Sequence record: JX865427 | Source: Escherichia phage JL1 | Length of the DNA stretch: 43,457 nt | Reading direction: 5' to 3' (one strand) | Shown: positions 1 through 6,876 of the stretch, piece by piece | How the letters are laid out: every line of letters starts with the position of its first letter | Numbering within the stretch: the first letter of the stretch is position 1 | Program-made: the position numbers and the translations under genes | Notes under the pieces: generated by a model | Seen by the model: only the letters and a program-made list of their open reading frames with translations | Database searches by the model: none | Told to the model about the DNA's origin: nothing

Positions 1-7
1 GGTTTCC

Positions 8-1393
8 TTAGTAGAAGTCTACGGTTGGAACAACGGCGATCGGACGAATCACAGGGAACAAGTGCGCAATAGGGTAGCCTGCCGCGTCATTCATGTGGTC
101 CACACCGGCAGTTTTATCCGGTTCGCCTTTCTTCAGGTCGTACACCTGCTGTTCCAGGCATTTCGCTAGTGTAGGGCATTTATCCAGGTTGACAAAATAC
201 TGGCGCACGCCCTTCGAGTTGCACATCATCGTATTCATCGCGATAAGTCTGTCTTTCACAGGTGGGTTAACGCTGTCATACTCCACCTCGAAGCCCGCGT
301 CTTCCAGTTGTGCGATATCGGACGACGACGCGTTGACCGTCTTGCGGGATTTGCCGCTGCTATCCGGGTAAACGACAACACGACCGGCAGCACAATGATC
401 GGGGTAGCGCTCCTCGATCGCCTCAATCATAGCCGGGGTATCAAACAGGTCCACGAATTCATCCACCGCGTGAATCTCGTCGCGGAACTCCCTGTTCTCG
501 GTGACTCGCTGCCGTCTGACGTACACGACCGCCGCCATTTTCGTGACGTTAAAGTCCATACCGATAATCAGCGTGTCTTCCGGCTGCACTTCTTCGGTGC
601 TGGCGTTCTCCTCGCGGTTGAACATCTTGTACACCGCGCCCGACGTAAGGTTAACAAACAGGCCGTTCAGGTACGCATCGATCAGGTTAGTCGGGTACTG
701 ACTGCGCAGCGTGTCGATAAAGTCTGCCGGTAAATGGTGGTTGTCCGTGGTCTTCGCCCGGATCAGGCGCTTCTGGCTACCCTTCTCCACCTCGAAAATT
801 TGATACATCGCCCGGTAGCCTTCCGGCGTGGACACGATGACAAACTGGCGGACGAAGCCCGCGCGCAGACGACCGAGCAATTTGTGGTATGCCGCCATTG
901 CGACGTCTTGTTTCGTGGTGTCGAACTCGTCGGCAACAATCCACGCGGCGTTGACCCCGATCAGGCGGGTATAGTTCTCCATTGATTCACAGATAACGCG
1001 AGTCCATTTGCCTTTCACCAGCACGTTATAGATCTTGTCCTGCTTATTGAACTTCCACCGGAATCCGGCCTCGTCGAATGCCTTCTCCAGTTCCGGATAC
1101 ATGATTTTAACCAGGAGTGGAATAGTCGGTTCGGTCACGATGCCGTCATAACCAGGGTTAAGTGTCAGAAGCTGGATGACCTTACGCGCAGCTACCCACG
1201 ACTTGCCACCACCGAAGCCGGAACACAGGCCGAGGATTTTAGTCTTCGTGTCGCGCAGTAGTTCAACCTGGTGCGGCAAGCAATCAGGCTGGTAAATGCG
1301 GACGGCCTGCGCAACGCGTGTGGGGCGTGGCGGTCGGTTGCGCTTTGCGATCGCGCGTTCCAGTGCGCGGTGTTCTGCCGCATAGTTACGCAT
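8..1393 (-). CDS. terminase large subunit
   Basis: 461 aa; Walker A-like GFGGGKS near N-terminus; ATPase plus nuclease-length architecture; start overlaps upstream small-subunit stop (ATGA). Confidence 0.9.
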   Translation of the reverse strand: MRNYAAEHRALERAIAKRNRPPRPTRVAQAVRIYQPDCLPHQVELLRDTKTKILGLCSGFGGGKSWVAARKVIQLLTLNPGYDGIVTEPTIPLLVKIMYPELEKAFDEAGFRWKFNKQDKIYNVLVKGKWTRVICESMENYTRLIGVNAAWIVADEFDTTKQDVAMAAYHKLLGRLRAGFVRQFVIVSTPEGYRAMYQIFEVEKGSQKRLIRAKTTDNHHLPADFIDTLRSQYPTNLIDAYLNGLFVNLTSGAVYKMFNREENASTEEVQPEDTLIIGMDFNVTKMAAVVYVRRQRVTENREFRDEIHAVDEFVDLFDTPAMIEAIEERYPDHCAAGRVVVYPDSSGKSRKTVNASSSDIAQLEDAGFEVEYDSVNPPVKDRLIAMNTMMCNSKGVRQYFVNLDKCPTLAKCLEQQVYDLKKGEPDKTAGVDHMNDAAGYPIAHLFPVIRPIAVVPTVDFY

Positions 1394-1965
1394 TATTCAC
1401 CCTGGCCTTTGCCGGAAGGTTCGACAACTACGTCGCCGTTATCATCTTCGTCGTCGTCCAGCGGTACATCGTCGCGGACGCCGTGGTTTGCTTTAAGCAG
1501 GAATGTAGCGAAGCCCGCCGCGATGGTCACGCCGCCAGCTTCCATCAGGAAAGTTTTCTGCAACTCCATAGCATCCGCCATCGCCTCGGCGAACTCCTCA
1601 TGTGCTCGCGCCCAGCGATACAGGCAAGCTACGCCCACACCGATTTCCGCGGCAAATCGACCGAAGGTTGGCATTTTGTTGCGGGGGATTACTTGCGCAG
1701 CGCCTTTAGCGGAGTAGTTCACCTGCCAGGCGTCGGCGTCGGCAAAATAGCGGCGAAGCTGGTCGCAGTAAACGGATCGGTAGTCGGTCGGGCGTCCGCA
1801 TTTGCCGCCTTTACGGCGCTTTCCGTACTCGATTTCAGGTCCGAGATTGGTGTGCTCAGTTTGCTCGCCTGGTTTACGGCGCGGGGTTACTGCTACTCGT
1901 CCGTCCAGTTTGGCGCGTCGGCCCTTAACTTTGATTTCTGCCATGATATAAGCCCTTTTGTTCAT
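1393..1965 (-). CDS. terminase small subunit (start uncertain: 1965 or 1944)
   Basis: Immediately upstream of and translationally coupled to terL; HTH-like segment GRFAAEIGVGVACLYRWARAHEEF; the ORF-track start at 2043 is a TTG with an implausible N-terminus. Confidence 0.7.
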   Translation of the reverse strand: MNKRAYIMAEIKVKGRRAKLDGRVAVTPRRKPGEQTEHTNLGPEIEYGKRRKGGKCGRPTDYRSVYCDQLRRYFADADAWQVNYSAKGAAQVIPRNKMPTFGRFAAEIGVGVACLYRWARAHEEFAEAMADAMELQKTFLMEAGGVTIAAGFATFLLKANHGVRDDVPLDDDEDDNGDVVVEPSGKGQGE

Positions 1966-2074
1966 ATGCGCCGACCATCGGCAACATAGGAGACGGCCCT
2001 GCCATCTAACGGGGATTATAACAGGCACAAAAAAGCCCACCAAATCGGCAGGCTGGGAGGATTACTAGTTGCCG

Positions 2075-3217
2075 TTACTTCAACATTTCCGGGCTAATGG
2101 TTAAGCGCGCTACTTCTCCGTAGTTGGCGCTATAGGTGATGACGTTTGCGCTGCGGCCGGACATCCAACCGCCGCGACTGGCGTAGGCGTCTTTCGCTGC
2201 GAGCGTCCTGTGCTGTTCAACAATCATGTTGCGAGACTCGACAATCTTCTGGTGGTGCAAATGACCTACGTGCGCGTAGCTGTATTCGCTCGCCCCGAAC
2301 GCCTGTCGGAATTTAGCGATCATAACCTGCTCGATAACATCGAATCGCGCTTTGTGCCCGTGGTGGAAGAATAGCGTGGTCTTTCCGTGTTGCACCATTT
2401 TGTAGACATCCGGGGACGTGTCCACATCGACGCGCGGCTCGTTCTCATACAGGGTATTGAACATCTCAGCGAGCCAAATCATACCCGATTCGTCATGATT
2501 ACCCTGGACGATTAGCAATTTGACTTTGTGGTGTTTTTGCAGCGCCAGGTCTACCACGTTGCGCACCATGCGAATCATGTAGCGGACAAGTTTCTGGTAT
2601 CGGGTGTCGGCGTCAAGTACGTGACCGCTTGCCGGTGTGACGGCATCAAGGCTATCAAAGTGCGCCATATCCCCGAGGATATTGATCACGGCAGTGCCTG
2701 CGTCTGGTGCGCGGGCGAAGGCTTCGACAAACCAGCGGTAGAACAGGTCTTCGGCGATCGCCATATCCCAGTCTTCGCCAGTCTCCTCGCCCCAGGCCAA
2801 CATCCCCAGGTGGAAGTCTGACACGGTGTACAGGTTGAGCAAGTCGAGCGCCTGGATCGGTACTGGCTGGGCTTTTACGGGCGCTGCCGGTGTGATTTCG
2901 CTGTTCATACCCTCGACAACAGCGCGCATGGCTTCGAGTTGGCGCTCTTTGTCCTGCTCAGTGATGACCCACGACATGACCTCTTCGCCATTGCCGCGCA
3001 CCAGGGCCGATACGCGCTTAACCCCAAAGCCATCGGCAACGCGCTTGCGGATTACGGCATCATTACCGTGACCAATCCCCTTTTTCGACAGGCGGGCTTT
3101 GCGCATGTAGACATTTCGAAGTGCAATGCCGTACTTCTTCGCAATCTCCTTAACCGTAGTCCCTGCCTGAATTTCTGCGATCAATTGCTCATCGGTAATT
3201 TTAGTTTGCGGGTGCAT
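2075..3217 (-). CDS. HTH domain fused to calcineurin-like metallophosphoesterase
   Basis: N-terminal HTH (TVKEIAKKYGIALRNVYMRKARL); phosphoesterase motifs DFHLG, GDMAHFD, GNHDE, HHGH, GHLHH; RBS AGGA upstream of ATG at 3217. Confidence 0.75.
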   Translation of the reverse strand: MHPQTKITDEQLIAEIQAGTTVKEIAKKYGIALRNVYMRKARLSKKGIGHGNDAVIRKRVADGFGVKRVSALVRGNGEEVMSWVITEQDKERQLEAMRAVVEGMNSEITPAAPVKAQPVPIQALDLLNLYTVSDFHLGMLAWGEETGEDWDMAIAEDLFYRWFVEAFARAPDAGTAVINILGDMAHFDSLDAVTPASGHVLDADTRYQKLVRYMIRMVRNVVDLALQKHHKVKLLIVQGNHDESGMIWLAEMFNTLYENEPRVDVDTSPDVYKMVQHGKTTLFFHHGHKARFDVIEQVMIAKFRQAFGASEYSYAHVGHLHHQKIVESRNMIVEQHRTLAAKDAYASRGGWMSGRSANVITYSANYGEVARLTISPEMLK

Positions 3218-3388
3218 ATTTAATTAATTCCTGATTAGTGGACCGGGGACAATATACCACGGTCCGTATGGCGGCGGGCTATATCAATTCGCAAATAACC
3301 ATGCCGATAAACGCCGCGGTGGTCCAGATCGCTAATACCCAAATATCTTTACGTGCCATCTTGATTACTCCTCTCGTTGATTGGTTGC

Positions 3389-3418
3389 AGTATGGCCTCT
3401 ATGTTGGTTGCGAGTCAA
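3389..3418 (-). promoter_or_regulatory. sigma70-like promoter candidate (TTGACT-18-CATACT) for the phosphoesterase/terminase operon
   Basis: Read on minus strand directly downstream of the terminator at 3427-3448; contains two GCAACCAA motif copies. Confidence 0.4.
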
Positions 3419-3426
3419 GCAATAAA

Positions 3427-3448
3427 AAGCCCGGAATTAACCGGGCTT
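3427..3448 (-). terminator. rho-independent terminator ending the lysis cassette
   Basis: Stem aagcccgg / ccgggctt with 6-nt loop, followed on the minus strand by TTTTTATT. Confidence 0.65.
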
Positions 3449-3464
3449 AATTGTTTACGCTGCG

Positions 3465-3621
3465 GGGCCGGATTCCTCCTGCGGTGGTGGGCTTGGCAGC
3501 TTCGCATCAAAGACCCCCGCGTGGCTGATAGTGTCCGCGATGATAGCGCGTGCGCCCGGATCTTCGGTTTTAGCCAGTGCGGCAAGCGCGTCCGCATTAT
3601 GATCAAGAATACTTTTTAACA
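3465..3621 (-). CDS. small hypothetical protein (52 aa)
   Basis: ORF below the track's 60-aa cutoff found by manual translation (MLKSILDHNADALAALAKTEDPGARAII...); GAGGTGA RBS 7 nt upstream of ATG; ends just before the terminator. Confidence 0.3.
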
Positions 3622-3638
3622 TACTGTGTCACCTCATA

Positions 3639-4130
3639 TTATGCTGCGTTACGACCGATTCGCTCGGCAACGTCCCACTGCTTTCCATCAAACAACGCCT
3701 GTCTGCCGATTGCGCGGCGTACCAGACCCTTAAGCACTTCACCACCTTGCTTGCGGAACTGCGGCAGAGTAGCACGGACCTTCGCCCAGTCGCCAAGTCG
3801 CACCGCATCATCGAAATCATTCGCGACGTCATCCGGTACGATCGGACCAGGGCCAGCGTTGATTACCAGGTCCACCAGCGCATCGAATTGCGCCTGGTTA
3901 ATGCTCGGATGTGCGTATTTGTTCACCCAGTCCTCAGCATACGCCACATCGCGCTTGAGCAGTTCCAGCGCTTCTTCGCGGGTAATGCTTCGAGGCGGAT
4001 TAGTGCCGGTATGACCATAACCCCAGGTGTACAGGCCGCGGGCCTGCTCTTTCTTGGTCGCGAAATACGGCACCGGGCTGAAAGCCTCCCATGCTGCCGT
4101 AAATCGTAGACCGTTGTCACTGAATCGCAT
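3639..4130 (-). CDS. endolysin, lysozyme family (GH24-like)
   Basis: 163 aa; lysozyme-like segment GLYTWGYGHTG with typical flanking residues; adjacent to two small membrane-protein genes. Confidence 0.8.
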   Translation of the reverse strand: MRFSDNGLRFTAAWEAFSPVPYFATKKEQARGLYTWGYGHTGTNPPRSITREEALELLKRDVAYAEDWVNKYAHPSINQAQFDALVDLVINAGPGPIVPDDVANDFDDAVRLGDWAKVRATLPQFRKQGGEVLKGLVRRAIGRQALFDGKQWDVAERIGRNAA

Positions 4131-4362
4131 GTTTTACCCCATTCAAAACAGCATTACGCAGTGTGCGCAATGCAAACAGCCAGATTAACGCGGTCCAGGT
4201 GGTATCCGATACGTCTCCTGTTTGCAACAGTCCGATAATACAGATCATTGCCGTTAGCAGATACAGCACCCGACCGAAAATGCCATCCTGGACGGACGGC
4301 GCATACACGTTAAACAGGGACGAAGCCCCGATGATAACAAACAACAGGACGGAGATAATCAT
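4117..4362 (-). CDS. holin/antiholin-like small membrane protein
   Basis: 81 aa with 2-3 hydrophobic helices; overlaps endolysin start and upstream holin stop. Confidence 0.6.
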   Translation of the reverse strand: MIISVLLFVIIGASSLFNVYAPSVQDGIFGRVLYLLTAMICIIGLLQTGDVSDTTWTALIWLFALRTLRNAVLNGVKHAIQ

Positions 4363-4649
4363 TTTGCACCCCCCGGAAGTCGGAACGACGCAATAGTCTC
4401 CCTGATCCGGTCGGCGATTGGCATCCAGAAGATCGCGGTTACGAAGCCCAAACCGGCGACAGTGCGCTCACCCGACAAACCAGCCCACTCAGCGATAGCC
4501 GGTGCGCCAAATATGGCACACAGGAAGCCAACTACGACATACAAAACGAAGTTTAGCGGCCCTTTCGTAGCCTCACCATGAATGCGTGCGCCTACGAAGC
4601 CACCCGCCAGACATGCCAGGGCGAATAGCCACTCGTTTAGCTTATCCAT
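4359..4649 (-). CDS. holin-like membrane protein
   Basis: 96 aa with three hydrophobic segments and a charged C-terminus; first gene of the lysis cassette. Confidence 0.65.
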   Translation of the reverse strand: MDKLNEWLFALACLAGGFVGARIHGEATKGPLNFVLYVVVGFLCAIFGAPAIAEWAGLSGERTVAGLGFVTAIFWMPIADRIRETIASFRLPGGAK

Positions 4650-4650
4650 A

Positions 4651-4690
4651 AAAAAAGTCCCAGTAAGTTTTAGCTCACTGGGACTATATC
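4651..4690 (-). terminator. rho-independent terminator abutting the holin start codon
   Basis: Minus strand: agtcccagtgagctaaaacttactgggact followed by TTTTTTT, then ATG of holin with no intervening Shine-Dalgarno. Confidence 0.6.
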
Positions 4691-4702
4691 ACGCTTGCAT
4701 AA

Positions 4703-4990
4703 TTAATCGAAAACGGACCACTTGCCGACGCCTTTCCACTCCCACCCGGATGATCGGACGGCTTCGAATGTTCGACCGCCTATCATATCCCGATACCACA
4801 GCCACCACATGCGCAACCTGGTCGGGTGCTCCGTGATTCCACGGCGCTTGTAGATCTCGAACGTCATGCGGGTAATGCTGGCGGCTTCCACGGCGGGCCA
4901 TACGACGAACATCAGGAGGCACAACAGCACCACAGTAAGCAGGCACAGTCCCCAGATCAAACCAAACCAATAAATCACATCATGAATCAT
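4703..4990 (-). CDS. hypothetical membrane protein
   Basis: Strongly hydrophobic N-terminal half (WFGLIWGLCLLTVVLLCLLMFVVW); start set at internal ATG (MIHDV). Confidence 0.45.
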   Translation of the reverse strand: MIHDVIYWFGLIWGLCLLTVVLLCLLMFVVWPAVEAASITRMTFEIYKRRGITEHPTRLRMWWLWYRDMIGGRTFEAVRSSGWEWKGVGKWSVFD

Positions 4991-5209
4991 AATCTGCCCC
5001 ATAGGTATTTAACCAGACTAATAACCGACGCCAACAGCACCAGGGCCGCCAGGCCACCCCCACATACTACCGCGAAGACGTATAGCATCTAATTGCCCCT
5101 TCCGGTTTGCCAATATGGCGCGCCCATGCACGCGCCACGAAGTAATTGCGAAATACCCGACCGCCTATCTCAAAGCGGTTGTGCTGAAGCATATCACGGA
5201 TCGTCGCAC

Positions 5210-5479
5210 TCATTTCAGAATCACCGAGCGCGGGTCGATGGCTTTCATGCTGCCGTCTCGTTCTACCCGGATGAATCCAACGCCGTATTCCTGCGCATGG
5301 CGCTGTGCGTTCGTCACAGCATCAAAGCGATTGACGATTTGGCGTACTGCGTTGCCCATCTTTGCTTGCACCTGGTGGGAGTCGTAGGTTGCATAGGCGG
5401 GCTGCGACTTGCGGAACTCCACTCGCTCATGCGGCTGGCGGTCACGAAGGCAGTATTTGCGGCGGAATAGTAATTTCAT
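5210..5479 (-). CDS. hypothetical protein
   Basis: 89-aa ORF in a co-oriented, tightly packed early gene string. Confidence 0.45.
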   Translation of the reverse strand: MKLLFRRKYCLRDRQPHERVEFRKSQPAYATYDSHQVQAKMGNAVRQIVNRFDAVTNAQRHAQEYGVGFIRVERDGSMKAIDPRSVILK

Positions 5480-5619
5480 TGTTCTGCCTCCTCAATCTCA
5501 TCGGCAGTTTTCGTGTCGCCATCGCACACCGTAGCGATGCCGTCCATCTCATAATCTGCTATGCAGGCATCAACAGAAATAAACTTCTGCGAGAATCCCG
5601 CCATTAGTGCTGGTGTCAT
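5476..5619 (-). CDS. small hypothetical protein (47 aa)
   Basis: Manual translation MTPALMAGFSQKFISVDACIADYEMDGIATVCDGDTKTADEIEEAEQ; GGAG RBS; stop overlaps the next start (ATGA). Confidence 0.3.
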   Translation of the reverse strand: MTPALMAGFSQKFISVDACIADYEMDGIATVCDGDTKTADEIEEAEQ

Positions 5620-5885
5620 TTGCTCAGTCTCCAGTGTTTGCCTACCCGCTCAACGGCGGGCTTCCGGCGTAATGTAATACGTATGCCGATTGGTTGCAAG
5701 GATGTTTTTATGGCAAGTCCATGCTCCCTGGCGAACTGGTGCAGGTAGCGGGTCTGCGTTAATGGCTTCACATCGTCGCGATAGCTCCAGAACACAGAAT
5801 CTCCCTCAACCGCATTCTGCGCCCATATTCGAATGCAATGCAGCGGAATATGCCATGAAAGCTGTTTAGCTAGTCTGCGGCCCAT
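5616..5885 (-). CDS. hypothetical protein
   Basis: 89-aa ORF; AAGGGA RBS upstream of ATG at 5885. Confidence 0.45.
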   Translation of the reverse strand: MGRRLAKQLSWHIPLHCIRIWAQNAVEGDSVFWSYRDDVKPLTQTRYLHQFAREHGLAIKTSLQPIGIRITLRRKPAVERVGKHWRLSK

Positions 5886-5894
5886 TTTGGTCCC

Positions 5895-6221
5895 TTATTT
5901 CGCAAGCTGGGCGAATAGCTCACGCTGGGCTTTAATCCGGGCAACGTTTGTCACTGCCGTCTCGCCGATTCCGAAGCGATACGCCAGGCGTTCACGGGCA
6001 AATGCAAGCGCGTAGTCCTGGATAGCGTTCGCCAACGGCTGGATCTCCGCCATCGTGTCGAAGCTGCGCTCAAGCATACAGGAGATGGCCTGCTGCGTGA
6101 CGCGAACAACGGACCACGCTGCCGCTAGTCTTTCGACCGCTTCCGCTCCTTCACCGGCGAACTCCGCCGCTTCTTGTGCCGCCGCCATAGCCATTGCGTA
6201 ATTCCAGATAATTGCTTTCAT
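5895..6221 (-). CDS. hypothetical protein (Ala-rich)
   Basis: 108-aa ORF; start overlaps upstream stop (ATGA coupling). Confidence 0.5.
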   Translation of the reverse strand: MKAIIWNYAMAMAAAQEAAEFAGEGAEAVERLAAAWSVVRVTQQAISCMLERSFDTMAEIQPLANAIQDYALAFARERLAYRFGIGETAVTNVARIKAQRELFAQLAK

Positions 6222-6397
6222 AGTTCCGTAACCCTCTCAACCAGTTTATGCCCTAAACGATAGCTGTCGCCCCAAAGTAGCAGGCCCATAAATTCATCGA
6301 TGCTAAACGCTCGCCTGCACACAGTGCGAAGCTCCCCGTTGTGGACTACCGTATCGCCGATCTTGATTTCGTGCTTATCAACCATTTCGGTTTTCAT
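6218..6397 (-). CDS. hypothetical protein (59 aa)
   Basis: Start moved to internal ATG (MKTEMVDK) preceded by AGGAGGG RBS and a near-consensus promoter. Confidence 0.5.
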   Translation of the reverse strand: MKTEMVDKHEIKIGDTVVHNGELRTVCRRAFSIDEFMGLLLWGDSYRLGHKLVERVTEL

Positions 6398-6424
6398 GTT
6401 CCGCCCTCCTGTTGGTGTGCAACC

Positions 6425-6453
6425 AATATAGCAGGGTGCCGGGGTGGATGCAA
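6425..6453 (-). promoter_or_regulatory. sigma70-like promoter TTGCAT-17-TATATT
   Basis: Read on minus strand; -35 embedded in ATTGGTTGCAT, second ATTGGTTGCA copy immediately after -10; ~20 nt upstream of RBS/ATG at 6397. Confidence 0.55.
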
Positions 6454-6612
6454 CCAATATTAATCACGCGCATGAAAAAGTTGATCGCTATCTGCTGTGA
6501 CTGCAAATTGCATTTTTCGCCCCACGTTCTGCATCTTGCATTGGTTGCCTAGTTCAGCGACGACCGCAATCCGCAACATGCTGCCGTATATTTTGCAATC
6601 CCGGATTTTATG

Positions 6613-6783
6613 CAGTCTCAGACGAGGGGGGTGACAGACCCCCCGTCTAGTCTGAAAGACTGGGAGTTGTCCCGCCTGTCCCGCTCCCCGCCAGGCCGCG
6701 TAATCCGGGGCGGGACAGGGGTGCTGTCCCGCCTTGTCCCGCCCCTGGTTTGTCCCGCTTTTTGTCCCGCTTACTTTATGCAG
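6613..6783. repeat. structured iteron element, copy A (52-bp hairpin module + 7 TGTCCCGC octamers)
   Basis: 52 nt identical to 33957-34008; contains G6/C6 hairpin, agtct-gaa-agact hairpin, octamers in both orientations including palindrome GGGACAG-N5-CTGTCCC. Confidence 0.8.
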
Positions 6784-6876
6784 TTTTATTGCATAACTAT
6801 GCATTATATTCACACTACACGGCAACCAATGCGACCAGCTAAAAGCACACAAAATGGCAACCAATGCGCGCAAAAT

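Noticed and set aside
1965-2043. Extended N-termini from the ORF track (terS at 2043, acidic protein at 9657, DUF2815 at 12651, SNF2 at 16640, scaffold at 39788, connector at 37812)
   Set aside because: The upstream starts are TTG/GTG or lack an RBS, and several run through promoters or terminator hairpins; internal ATGs with good Shine-Dalgarno spacing were preferred.
3238-3450. 70-aa plus-strand ORF upstream of the phosphoesterase gene
   Set aside because: It is opposite to all neighbouring genes and overlaps the minus-strand promoter and terminator; no RBS.
6606-6775. Possible CRISPR array (short repeats)
   Set aside because: Repeat units are only 8 bp, occur in both orientations and have irregular spacing of 1-20 bp; no spacer/repeat periodicity and no cas genes.
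6460-6873. 137-aa minus-strand ORF spanning iteron element A
   Set aside because: It lies entirely within the repeat and hairpin region and has no RBS. Its apparent similarity to the ORF over element B merely reflects the shared DNA repeat, so it is treated as non-coding.
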